Numbered from the stretch's first letter, positions 1 through 9,360 are shown. The stretch: DNA of 64,000 nt from Candidatus Latescibacterota bacterium (GCA_963667175.2 CAXXXF010000015.1:160001-224000); one strand, 5' to 3'. Notes: generated from the letters alone by a model not told the origin. A program made the numbers and translations.

Positions 1-2
1 GC

Positions 3-1979
3 CCGCCGTTTCTCAGCGCCAACCTCGGCTTCGGGGACGAACCGGAACTGGCCGGTCTCGTCGCTTCCGGCCGGATTGCCGGGAGCACGGTCGTCAGCGT
101 CGACGGCGAACACATCGGCATCGTGGGCGCCACCACCCCCGACCTGGCGTTCATCTCCAGTCCACGAAACGTGAGGCTGGACGGCCGGCTGCGGGAAGCC
201 ATCCAGGCGGAAGTGACCGGGCTGGCGCGACGCGGCGTGAGTATCATCATTCTGATCAGCCACCTCCAGTCCATCAACAACGATCTGGAACTCGCCAGGC
301 AATTGCGGGGCGTGGACGTGGTGATCGCGGGCGGCGGCGACGACGTCCTGGCAAATCCAGGCACGCGTCTTATTCCCGGCGACGAAGCCGAGATTTCCGG
401 ACCGTACCCGATACTCGAACAGAGCGCTGATGGAAACGACGTCCGCGTTGTTAGCACCGCGGGGAATTATCGTTACGTTGGACGGCTCGTGGCCGGTTTC
501 AATGCTGCCGGCGTCATTACGTCAATCGACCGGGACGCCAGCGGTCCGGTGCGGGTGGCCGGCGGCGATCAGCCGGATGCCGTAGACCCCGACGTCGAGG
601 TCCGTAACCGTGTCGTCGCCCCGGTCATCGATGCCCTTGCTTCCCTTTCTTCCAACCCGGTGGGAACGTCGAGCGTTGTGCTCGACGGCGTGAAGAGTAG
701 AATTCGAACCCGGGAGACCAATGAAGGCAACCTGGTGGCCGACGCCCTCCGGTGGCAGAGCGCACGGCTTGCATCGTCGTTCGGCGTTCCCGTTCCACAG
801 GTCGGCATCGTGAACGGAGGGGGAATACGCAACGCCAGCGAAATTCCCGCCGGCGCACTATCCGAACTCACGACCTTCGATATGTTGCCATTTCCCGACT
901 TCGTCGCCGTCGTGCCCGCCGTTCCCGCAACACAATTCAGGGAAATCATGGAAAACGCGGTCTCCAAGGTAGAAGACGCCTCGGGGCGATTCGCCCAGAT
1001 TTCGGGCTTCACGATGGTCTGGAATCCCGACGGCGTCGCCCAGGAACTGGATGAGAGCGGAAACGTCAAGCGACGCGGCGGCCGGATCGTGAATATTACC
1101 CTCGACACGGGCGCCGGCATCGTCGAAAACGGAAACGTCGTATCCGGCGCGCCGGACATTCACGTGGCAACCGTCGACTTTCTCGCCAGGGGCGGCGACC
1201 AGTACCCCTATCGGGGCGCCCGCTCCACGCGTCTGGGCGTGACCTACCAGCAGGCGCTTGTCAACTTCATCAGGGAAGCCCTCGGCGGCCGCATCACGGC
1301 GGCGGCTTATCCGGCAGGGGGACATGGCCGGATTGCCACCGGACAACCGGCGCCGACGGACCGCCCGAACGTCCGCAATCGTTCTGTCGTACACGTCTTC
1401 CTCACGGGAGACGGCGGGCCTGTACCGGACGCCCGGGTCGAATTCTCCCGTTCCGTCTCCGGCCGTGCGAAGGTCTACAGGTGGAGAGGAACGACCGATG
1501 CCGAAGGCCGCGCCACAATAGAAATCCGACCTGAAAACCGCCGAAGCGTCTCGGGCTACTACGCGGTCCGGGCGGTGGATATCGCGGGCCATGCGTTCTC
1601 CAGTTGGGAGAGCGTCCCGATCAACAGCGGGCGGGAAATCACACTCCTCCTGTCGGTGGGCGGCGTCGCCCGCGTGGAAGAGGAACAACCGCTGGCCGCG
1701 GAGACCCTGGCGCTTTACCCGAACGCCCCCAACCCGTTCAACCCGTCCACCCAGATTGTCTATCGGATCCCTGAGCCCGGGCAGGTCGACCTCAGGGTCT
1801 ACAACCTGCTGGGCCAGCAGGTCCGGGTTCTGGTACGGGATCACCAGGAACCGGGCCGGTACGAGGTCCCGTGGGACGGAAGGGACGGGTTCGGGCGTTA
1901 CGTTTCCAGCGGCGTTTATTTCTATCGACTGGCGCATCCGGCCGGCACACACACCAAACGCATGCTCCTGGTCAAGTAA
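3..1979 (+). CDS. 5'-nucleotidase family protein (metallophosphoesterase + 5_nucleotid_C) with C-terminal FlgD-Ig/secretion-sorting-like domain; 5' partial
   Basis: Frame open from base 3 (PFLSAN...IGIVGATT); motifs DVVIAGG, RTRETNEGNLVADA, NGGGIR, GRFAQISG, DFLARGGDQY; C-terminal LYPNAPNPFNPST...WDGRD...SGVYFYRL...KRMLLVK. Confidence 0.85.
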   Translation, partial: PPFLSANLGFGDEPELAGLVASGRIAGSTVVSVDGEHIGIVGATTPDLAFISSPRNVRLDGRLREAIQAEVTGLARRGVSIIILISHLQSINNDLELARQLRGVDVVIAGGGDDVLANPGTRLIPGDEAEISGPYPILEQSADGNDVRVVSTAGNYRYVGRLVAGFNAAGVITSIDRDASGPVRVAGGDQPDAVDPDVEVRNRVVAPVIDALASLSSNPVGTSSVVLDGVKSRIRTRETNEGNLVADALRWQSARLASSFGVPVPQVGIVNGGGIRNASEIPAGALSELTTFDMLPFPDFVAVVPAVPATQFREIMENAVSKVEDASGRFAQISGFTMVWNPDGVAQELDESGNVKRRGGRIVNITLDTGAGIVENGNVVSGAPDIHVATVDFLARGGDQYPYRGARSTRLGVTYQQALVNFIREALGGRITAAAYPAGGHGRIATGQPAPTDRPNVRNRSVVHVFLTGDGGPVPDARVEFSRSVSGRAKVYRWRGTTDAEGRATIEIRPENRRSVSGYYAVRAVDIAGHAFSSWESVPINSGREITLLLSVGGVARVEEEQPLAAETLALYPNAPNPFNPSTQIVYRIPEPGQVDLRVYNLLGQQVRVLVRDHQEPGRYEVPWDGRDGFGRYVSSGVYFYRLAHPAGTHTKRMLLVK

Positions 1980-2163
1980 CGATCGGCACAGACCTGACGC
2001 ACAGTCAAAGAACCGGGCGATCGACGTGCTGATCGCCCGGTTCAATTTGCAGAGACCACGCGGACTGGTTTGCCACGGGCATCTCCCGGGTTGGATGTGA
2101 ACGCCGGGCGGCCCTCGTGCACGCCACGTCGGACCGTCGACTTCCTTCCGGACTTCTGTTCAC

Positions 2164-2192
2164 TTGACGAAGCAGACCATTTCCGGTATATT
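2164..2192 (+). promoter_or_regulatory. sigma70-type promoter for the uORF-lipoprotein-TBDR unit
   Basis: TTGACG-N17-TATATT, 45 nt upstream of ATG 2238. Confidence 0.6.
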
Positions 2193-2237
2193 TTGGTTCT
2201 ATCCAAGTTCGTTCTGCGCTGATCTGGAGACCGCAGG

Positions 2238-2531
2238 ATGTTTTTTTCCACCGGACGGATTCATCCGGTTGTTCTTTTCGCGGTGGCGATATTCGCGGCC
2301 TACCTCGCGGTATTCCTGCTTGCCGCCTTTCCCGAACACGATCACGATCAACAATGTCACGATCACGAACAGTGTACGGTCTGCACATGGTTCAATAGCC
2401 TCAGCGTCGTCTTGCCGGCAATATTGGCGGTGCAACTTTGCTTTCTTTATTTCCGGCAGTTCTTCTCCTCGTGTCGCGCACCGCGCAATTCCTTCCTGCT
2501 TCCCGATGGCCGCGCACCTCCCGCGTCCTGA
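2238..2531 (+). CDS. DUF2946-like leader protein (TM/signal segment, His-rich CxxC, C-terminal RAPP)
   Basis: GGAGA RBS; hydrophobic N-terminus, EHDHDQQCHDHEQCTVC, ends DGRAPPAS; lies upstream of a TonB-dependent receptor operon as CruR/CutF-type uORFs do. Confidence 0.75.
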   Translation: MFFSTGRIHPVVLFAVAIFAAYLAVFLLAAFPEHDHDQQCHDHEQCTVCTWFNSLSVVLPAILAVQLCFLYFRQFFSSCRAPRNSFLLPDGRAPPAS

Positions 2532-2549
2532 TCCATCCTCCCGTGTCTA

Positions 2550-2730
2550 ACAGCCCGTTGAAAAAGCCCATCCGGGCTACGTCCGGCCCTTGTGGCCGAA
2601 TAACTGCGTTGCCTGCCTGCGGCAGGCAGGCGCTCCCTCCCCGAATCCAGGGATTCGCGTCGGTCGCGCGCCTTGTCTTCGGCCACAATGACTCGGCCTC
2701 GCCTGCAGAGCGACTTTTTCAACGGACTGC
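2550..2730. mobile_element. MITE-like element family A, copy 1
   Basis: TIRs ACAGCCCGTTGAAAAA / TTTTTCAACGGACTGC, flanked by TA on both sides; homologous to 13866-14060, 36845-37000 and partial copies. Confidence 0.8.
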
Positions 2731-3042
2731 TAAGAGACACGTCCTTAAACGTTACAAGGTCGTTTCCACATCAGTAACTCCGGCTTGGGACTTTGTCCGA
2801 ATCCGTATGAGCAGGAGAGCGGAACTTTCCCGCGCCGCGGCGGGCTTCAGTCTGCCGGGATCGGCATCGTGCCATCCTCCGCTTTCTCCGCAGGGCGTCT
2901 GCTGCAGCAACGGCAGGGCTGTCGCCTGAGGCGTCGGCATGGCGCCAATATGTCGTCAGATCGGGTTCAGGTCATGCACGCAGGCGGCTGCCCATGCCAG
3001 GTACGGGGTGCGTTAAATAAGCTCTTATACAGGAGAAAATCG

Positions 3043-4293
3043 ATGTTCAGCACGCTGAGAACGAAAAAACCGCATCACTGGATCGCAGCCGTAGCTGCAG
3101 CGGTCATTCTGGCCGGTTGCGGCAAGGATGACCCCCTGACGACGCAGGAAGAACACTATGAAGCCGAAGGCCTCGTGCTCATCGACGGCGGCCAGCGGTT
3201 CTTCCGCTATTTCCAGGGCAGGATCGACTCGGGCGACGGCCGGGCGGAAGCCCTGGAGGTCGCTCACGGCGAAGTCACCAACAAGTGGAGCATCCGCTTC
3301 CTGGACGAAGACGGAAACGAAATGGCGCCTCCCACCGGCGAGGATTTCAGTTTCACGTGGGAAATTGAGGACAAGTCCATCGTCGAAGTCGTCCAGGAAG
3401 CGGGAGAAGCGGGCCAGTTCGTCTTCGCCCTGCGCGGTCTGGAACACGGCGAGACCACCATCACGCTTCAAATCTCGCACGAAGGCCACGTGGACTTTAC
3501 CACACGGCCCATCCCCGTGCACGTGGAAGAAGAGTTTGAGGCGGAAGGGCTTGTCATCATCGAATCGGGCTTTCGATTCTTCCGTTATTTCAAGGGAGAA
3601 ATCGACTCTGGCGAGGGCCGTGCGGAAGTCCTGGAAGCGCCGATCGGCATGACGCCTCACTGGCGCATCATGTTCCTGGACGAACACGGCGATGAAATAG
3701 ACCCGCCGGACGATCCCGAGTTCACCTTCGGCTGGACCATTGCCGATCCCGACATCCTCGAAGTCGTCCAGGACGAGGGGGACGAGGGTTCGTTCGAATT
3801 CCACCTGCGCGGCTTGCACGAGGGCGAAACCACCATTGTGCTTAAGGTCGAACACGACGGACACACGGACTTCAGCACCCAACCCATCCCCGTGCACGTG
3901 GAATCACAAGAGGGGCAACACGAGGAACCCGTGGGCGTGCGGCTCAAGGAGGAAGACAGCGGTGAGTTGCTCACGCAGGCGCCCTTAAAGGGAGAGGGTT
4001 CAGCCACCGAAGACCTGACGGTTGCCGCAGGCGACACCACCGACCACATCGCGACCGTCTTCTTTGACGAACACGACGTTGAGTTCCAGCCCGAAGCGCC
4101 CGACCATACGCTGGGCATTGCGGTGGCCGACACCTCGCTGCTCGGTATCGACCCGCCTGCAGCGCCCGAATACTGGGCTTTCAGGCTCATTGGCAAAAAG
4201 GCCGGCGCCACCACCATCGCGCTTTCCATTCTCCACGACGGAGAGACGGAGGAAGAGTTCGCGCCGGTCTCCGTGACGATCACCGCGCCGTAG
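3043..4293 (+). CDS. Lipoprotein with three tandem ~125-aa beta-rich (Ig-like) repeats carrying HxGHxDF motifs; putative surface metal-binding partner of the TBDR
   Basis: AGGAG RBS before ATG 3043; lipobox LAGC; repeats begin EAEGLV and end HEGHVDF..PIPVHV / HDGHTDF..PIPVHV / HDGETEE..PVSVTI. Confidence 0.8.
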   Translation: MFSTLRTKKPHHWIAAVAAAVILAGCGKDDPLTTQEEHYEAEGLVLIDGGQRFFRYFQGRIDSGDGRAEALEVAHGEVTNKWSIRFLDEDGNEMAPPTGEDFSFTWEIEDKSIVEVVQEAGEAGQFVFALRGLEHGETTITLQISHEGHVDFTTRPIPVHVEEEFEAEGLVIIESGFRFFRYFKGEIDSGEGRAEVLEAPIGMTPHWRIMFLDEHGDEIDPPDDPEFTFGWTIADPDILEVVQDEGDEGSFEFHLRGLHEGETTIVLKVEHDGHTDFSTQPIPVHVESQEGQHEEPVGVRLKEEDSGELLTQAPLKGEGSATEDLTVAAGDTTDHIATVFFDEHDVEFQPEAPDHTLGIAVADTSLLGIDPPAAPEYWAFRLIGKKAGATTIALSILHDGETEEEFAPVSVTITAP

Positions 4294-4303
4294 CAGAAAA
4301 CGC

Positions 4304-4333
4304 GGCGGGAGGGTTCTTCTCGCCCTCCCGCCC
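4304..4333 (+). terminator. GC-rich hairpin between lipoprotein and TBDR genes
   Basis: GGCGGGAGGG...CCCTCCCGCC inverted repeat, no U-tract. Confidence 0.35.
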
Positions 4334-4490
4334 CTCTCCGGGTCAGGCTACGTCCCCATAGGCGTATAACCGACCCGGCGCTTTGGCATTTCGCAGGCAT
4401 GTCCGCAAATCCGAAGTTCGTCCGCCGCGCAGGCGGTTGCCCACGCGGAATTCGGGGCGAAGTGAGATTTCCATATACAGGAGGACATGA

Positions 4491-6737
4491 ATGTCCAGCA
4501 CGCTGAAAGCGAAAACACCCAATCCATGGATAGCCACGGCAGGCGTTCTTGCCGTGTTCCTGTCCGTGTCCTGTCTGGCCGGGCTCAGCTCGGCCGCTCA
4601 GGCGGTGTTGATCGAAGGGTATATCTTCGACAGCGAGTCCGGACTCCCCATCCGGAACGTGAACGTCCAGCCCGCGGAACCCGCCGCGGGCACGTCTACC
4701 GACGAAAAAGGCCGGTTCGTGCTTCACCTGTCTCCAGGTGTCTATCGGCTGTCCTTTACGCACGTCGGCTATCGGGAAATGCGCCGCGAACTGAACGTCT
4801 CGGGAACGAAGCATCCTGTTGTCTATCTGGAACTGGCGCGACTGGACCTCAAGCTGGATCCCATCGACGTCGTGGCCAAACGCGCTGAAACCCGGTTTGA
4901 CGAACTCAAGCAGGCAACCCGCGTGCTTTCGGGCGACGAACTCAAGAAGAAATATAGCATGACGTTGGCCGAGACCATGAAAAACGAACTCGGCGTGGCC
5001 ATCCGCAGCATGGGTCCGGCGCCCGCCCGGCCGGTCATCCGCGGCCTCAGCGGGGACCGCGTCCAGATCAACGTCGACGGCATCGAGTCCCAGGACCTCT
5101 CATCCACGTCCTCGGACCACGCGGTCACGGTGGAGACGTTCAACGCGGAACGCCTGGAAATCATCCGCGGACCCCGCACGCTGCTCCACACGACCACGGC
5201 CGGCGGCGGCGTCATCAACGTCGTCAAGCACAAGATTCCGGAAACGCGACCACGGCGTTTCTTCGGAAGCGTCGGCGCCTATGGAGAGACGGTCAACCGG
5301 GGCTATTTCTCGTCCGCCGCCCTCACCGCGCCCCTCGGGCCGTTGGCGCTTTACGCCGAATCCACGTACCGGGATACCAGGGACATCCGGACCCCGGTCG
5401 GCAGACTCGCCAATACCCCCATCAACACCAATACATATACACTCGGCATGTCCTATGCGGGCGACCTGGGCTACTTCGGGGCTTCTTTCGATCAGTTCGA
5501 AACGCAATACGGCATTCCGGGCGGATTCATCGGCGCCCATCCCAACGGCGCGGACCTCGATATCGTGCGGCGGGTCTTCGACGGGAAGGCGGTCTATCGG
5601 TTCGACGGCCTTAAGATAGACCGGGCCGAGGTAGGTTTCGCCAGGGCCTATTACTACCACGTCGAGTACGAGTCCAGCGGCAGCATCGGATCCGAGTTCC
5701 TCTTTCATGACTACAGCGGTGAACTCAAACTCTACCTGAACCCGGGAGATCAGGAACACAACACCGTTCTCACCTCCGGTTTTCAACACAGAAACCTGAA
5801 ACTGGGGGGGTTTGTCTTTACCCCTCCCACGCGAAAGCAGGATCTCAACGTCGGGTTGTATCACGAGACGACCTACCGCAATATCGAACTTCAGGCCGCC
5901 GCCAGGTACAACTATACCACCTTCGACCCGCGCCTCACCGCGTTCTCCAACACGAGCCTGGACGTAGACCGCGCCTTCCATACCTGGTCCGCGGCCTTCA
6001 GCCCGCTCGTGCCGGTCACCGACCAGCTGACAGCGGGCATCAGCCTCAGCCGTTCTCAACGCGCCCCCACCATCGAGGAACTCTACAACGAGGGACCGCA
6101 CCTGGCCGCATTCACCTTTGAGATTGGCAATGTGGAACTCAACGCCGAACGCAGTTTCGGCCTGGAGGCCTTCCTCCACTTTCTGCAACCGGGCTTCGAC
6201 CTGGTCGTCACGGGATTCTGGAACGAGTTCGGCAATTACATCGTGCCTCGAAATACGGGAAAAATCAACTATTCGAAGCTCCTCCCCATCTACGCCGCCG
6301 ACGGCATCGACGCGAGAATGCTGGGCGTGGAAAGCCACATGAAGTGGCGTCCGAACGCGCGCGTGGAACTGGAGATGAACCTGAGCCACGTGCGCGGGGA
6401 GAACCGGGACGAACGCATTCCCCTGCCCGAAATACCGCCGCTCAAGTTCGCTGGCAGCGCGACCTACAGGCACCCCTGGTTAAGCGCGGGAGGAACCGTG
6501 GAATGGGCCGCGGGACAGAAGCGCGTGGATACCTACGAAGATCCCACCGACGGTTATACCGTCTTCGGCGTTACCATTCAGCGCGACTTCCTCGCGAATC
6601 AGGCCCGCCACAGCGTTATCCTTTCCCTCGAGAATCTCTTCGACGTGGAATACCGGAACCACCTGTCGCGCGTCCGATCCGTGATGCCCGAAACGGGCCG
6701 CAGCCTGAAATTGCACTACAGGATGTATTTCTTTTAG
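4491..6737 (+). CDS. TonB-dependent receptor with N-terminal carboxypeptidase-regulatory-like domain, ZnuD-like
   Basis: Signal peptide; plug motifs GPAPARPVIRGLSGDRV, SSDHAVT, IEIIRGP-like; ELYNEGPHLA; YRNHLSR; C-terminal F. Confidence 0.9.
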   Translation: MSSTLKAKTPNPWIATAGVLAVFLSVSCLAGLSSAAQAVLIEGYIFDSESGLPIRNVNVQPAEPAAGTSTDEKGRFVLHLSPGVYRLSFTHVGYREMRRELNVSGTKHPVVYLELARLDLKLDPIDVVAKRAETRFDELKQATRVLSGDELKKKYSMTLAETMKNELGVAIRSMGPAPARPVIRGLSGDRVQINVDGIESQDLSSTSSDHAVTVETFNAERLEIIRGPRTLLHTTTAGGGVINVVKHKIPETRPRRFFGSVGAYGETVNRGYFSSAALTAPLGPLALYAESTYRDTRDIRTPVGRLANTPINTNTYTLGMSYAGDLGYFGASFDQFETQYGIPGGFIGAHPNGADLDIVRRVFDGKAVYRFDGLKIDRAEVGFARAYYYHVEYESSGSIGSEFLFHDYSGELKLYLNPGDQEHNTVLTSGFQHRNLKLGGFVFTPPTRKQDLNVGLYHETTYRNIELQAAARYNYTTFDPRLTAFSNTSLDVDRAFHTWSAAFSPLVPVTDQLTAGISLSRSQRAPTIEELYNEGPHLAAFTFEIGNVELNAERSFGLEAFLHFLQPGFDLVVTGFWNEFGNYIVPRNTGKINYSKLLPIYAADGIDARMLGVESHMKWRPNARVELEMNLSHVRGENRDERIPLPEIPPLKFAGSATYRHPWLSAGGTVEWAAGQKRVDTYEDPTDGYTVFGVTIQRDFLANQARHSVILSLENLFDVEYRNHLSRVRSVMPETGRSLKLHYRMYFF

Positions 6738-6810
6738 TCCCGAGCAGACAATCGAAGCAGATGCGCCACCCATCCGATGTTGGCAGCGTTGGTTGATCTC
6801 CGGCAATTCA

Positions 6811-6842
6811 AAGCCCCGGATCCAAAAGCCGATCCGGGGCTT
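6811..6842 (+). terminator. Hairpin/terminator after TBDR
   Basis: AAGCCCCGGATC-N8-GATCCGGGGCTT. Confidence 0.55.
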
Positions 6843-6869
6843 GCACTTTTTATATTCAGGCTTTATCTT
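6841..6869 (+). promoter_or_regulatory. sigma70-type promoter for TauD-like gene
   Basis: TTGCAC-N17-TATCTT. Confidence 0.4.
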
Positions 6870-6977
6870 TCAGGGACAGAAAATCGTAACGAATACGTGG
6901 CAGATGATGGCAACGTGTGCCCGTGGGGATAGCGAGTAAAGGGAAGACGAACAGACACGACAAGGAAGGTTTCTCAG

Positions 6978-7916
6978 ATGTTGTCACACGAAGTTTTCCG
7001 CGAGCGGGCATGGCGGACCGACAGTATCGACGATTCCGCAGCCTGGCACTACACGCTGTCCGAGGATTGTCTTTCCAACCTCAGGCGCATCATCCGGCAC
7101 GCGCGGGGGCATACCGGACCGATCACGGAGATTTCCCTGCCGGACGTCACGTCCAATGGCTGCGGAGAATGCCTTCAGCCGGCACGTGACGCTCTGAGTT
7201 CTGGACGGGGGTTTGCGATCGTCGAACGGGCGCCTTGCGAAGTCGAGGATGCGCTCGCGATGTACTGGGCGGTCGGCAACTTCCTCGGAAGCCCCATGGC
7301 GCAGAATATCGAAGGAACGCTGCTGTACGACGTGCGGGACACGGGCATGGACGTGGCACAGGGCGCCAGGTTTTCAGTGACCAACGCAGAGAGCACGTTC
7401 CATAACGACAATGCCTTCGGCAAGCCGCTGCCCGACGTCGTGGGACTGCTCTGCGTGCGCACGGCAATTTCCGGCGGACAGAGTCAGCTGATCAGCGGCT
7501 ACGCCCTCCATAACGAGTTGCTGGAAAATCACGCCGACGTCCTTGAAATCCTGTATCGACGGTTCTATTTTGATCGTCGAGGACAGTTCGAAGCCGGGGA
7601 ACCGCCAACGTCTGAATTCCCCGTTTTTCAGTGGCACAGCGGGGAATTGACGCTCCGGTATTTATACTACTACATCCAGGTGGGTCACGAGCGCGCGGGC
7701 AAATCACTGACCGCGGATCAAAGAAGAGCGCTGGGCGTTGTGGAAGCGCTGCTGCGCCGCGAGGACTTCAGGGTGGAGTTCAATCTGCAACCGGGTCAGA
7801 TGCTGTTCACGAATAACCGCTGGATCCTGCACAATCGCACCGCATTCGAGGACCATCCCGACCCGGAACGCCGCCGGCATTACGTGCGGCTCTGGCTGCG
7901 CCGCCGCGGCCTGTAA
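6978..7916 (+). CDS. TauD/TfdA-family Fe(II)/2-oxoglutarate dioxygenase
   Basis: HND (HxD), DVVGLLC, NNRWILHNRTAF, RRHYVRLW motifs. Confidence 0.85.
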   Translation: MLSHEVFRERAWRTDSIDDSAAWHYTLSEDCLSNLRRIIRHARGHTGPITEISLPDVTSNGCGECLQPARDALSSGRGFAIVERAPCEVEDALAMYWAVGNFLGSPMAQNIEGTLLYDVRDTGMDVAQGARFSVTNAESTFHNDNAFGKPLPDVVGLLCVRTAISGGQSQLISGYALHNELLENHADVLEILYRRFYFDRRGQFEAGEPPTSEFPVFQWHSGELTLRYLYYYIQVGHERAGKSLTADQRRALGVVEALLRREDFRVEFNLQPGQMLFTNNRWILHNRTAFEDHPDPERRRHYVRLWLRRRGL

Positions 7917-7952
7917 TTGAGAAATTGGTATCCGTTTGCATGTAACCGGCGC

Positions 7953-8411
7953 TTACCCGTCCACAACCTCATAGGCGCCCGAATTGTACATATTCTCCCG
8001 GGTCTCCACCCGGTATACCCAGCAACGTCCATCGGTCGTCCCGCGGATCATCCGGTCGGCATAGTCGAACGCGAATTTGGAGGATGCCTCCATCCCGACG
8101 TTCGGCATCACGCGCAGGTCCACAATTCCCCTCCGGTGCATTTCCTCGAACAGCTCGCGCTCCGGGTCGTCTTCGTTGATCAGCATCGTGTGGTCGAACA
8201 TGTGCTCCAACCAGGCCTTCAGATCCTTGAGTTTGCCGAAATCCACCACAAAGTGATTCTCGTCCAGCTCGTTGCACGTAAAGTGGAACGTTATGACGCG
8301 GTTGTAGCCGTGGATGAACTGGCAGTGCCCGTCGTGATGCGCCTGTCGGTGCGAACACGGCAGATTGTGAAATGTCTTGGTGGACGAAAACCGCCCTTTT
8401 CCCCTGGCCAT
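7953..8411 (-). CDS. queD: 6-carboxytetrahydropterin synthase / PTPS family
   Basis: CSHRQ, HCQFIHGY, VVDFG, FDHT, RE motifs. Confidence 0.8.
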   Translation of the reverse strand: MARGKGRFSSTKTFHNLPCSHRQAHHDGHCQFIHGYNRVITFHFTCNELDENHFVVDFGKLKDLKAWLEHMFDHTMLINEDDPERELFEEMHRRGIVDLRVMPNVGMEASSKFAFDYADRMIRGTTDGRCWVYRVETRENMYNSGAYEVVDG

Positions 8412-8517
8412 AGACCCGTCCCGCATCGAAGTCAGACTTGGGTGAACACCCTAGAAAATATCGATTTCGCCCACTCTGTCAAGGTTTCCGCACCTGAAGA
8501 CCGAAAGGAACGCGCCG

Positions 8518-9360
8518 ATGATCATTGACACCCACACCCACTTCTACAATCCCGGCCGACCGGAAGGGGTGCCGTGGCCGCCGCAGGACGACACCCTGCT
8601 CTACCGCCGCGTGCTTCCTGAAAACTACAAGGCCGTTGCGGTTCCGGAGGGCGTGACCGGCGCCGTGGTCGTGGAGGCCAGCGAGTGGTTCGAAGACAAT
8701 CGCTGGATCCTCGACCTGGCCGAAAAAGAGCCGTTCATCGTAGGCTTTGTCGGCAATCTCGACCCGGACGCCGACGCCTTTCAGGACCGGCTTGCAAGCC
8801 TGGCGGACAACCCGCTTTTCCGGGGCATACGCCTTCACAGAAACGAGGTCCGGACCGTTGGCGGTCCGCTGTTTTCCAAACTCGAGTTGCTGGTTCGGCA
8901 CGACCTTTCCCTCGACCTCCTCATCGACGTCGAGCAGCTTCATTCCGCCGTCCGAATTGCCGAGCGGCTGCCGGACCTGCGCATTGTGCTCAATCACGTC
9001 ATCCACGTACCCATCGACGGCAAGACGCCGGACCCCGAGTGGATCGACGGCCTGCACAATATCGCGCAGTTCCCGAACGTCTACTGCAAGGTGTCCGGCC
9101 TCGTCGAAACCGCCCGACAACGACCCGCTCCTCCCGAGTTGAACTATTATGCGCCGACGCTGGACCACCTCTGGGAGATTCTCGGCGTGGACCGACTCAT
9201 CTACGCCAGCAACTGGCCCGTGTGCGAACACGGCGCCGACTACGCGACTGTGCAGCGCGTCCCCATGGAGTATTTCAGAGCCATTGGTGAAGAAGCGGTC
9301 GAAAGGGTATTCTGGAAGAACGCAAAAGCGGCTTACAGGTGGCCCGATCGCAAGCATTAG
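8518..9360 (+). CDS. Amidohydrolase_2 family (sugar-lactonase-like) protein
   Basis: IIDTHTHF, GIR, VLNH, NVYCKVSG, ASNWPV. Confidence 0.85.
   Translation: MIIDTHTHFYNPGRPEGVPWPPQDDTLLYRRVLPENYKAVAVPEGVTGAVVVEASEWFEDNRWILDLAEKEPFIVGFVGNLDPDADAFQDRLASLADNPLFRGIRLHRNEVRTVGGPLFSKLELLVRHDLSLDLLIDVEQLHSAVRIAERLPDLRIVLNHVIHVPIDGKTPDPEWIDGLHNIAQFPNVYCKVSGLVETARQRPAPPELNYYAPTLDHLWEILGVDRLIYASNWPVCEHGADYATVQRVPMEYFRAIGEEAVERVFWKNAKAAYRWPDRKH

Noticed and set aside
2735-3040. Cobalamin riboswitch ahead of the lipoprotein/TBDR
   Set aside because: No B12 box or GCCACUG/GGGAAG core found.
6978-9360. TauD + QueD + amidohydrolase as a deazapurine/metabolite cluster
   Set aside because: The genes alternate in orientation, queC is 20 kb away, and no tailoring or transport genes tie them together.
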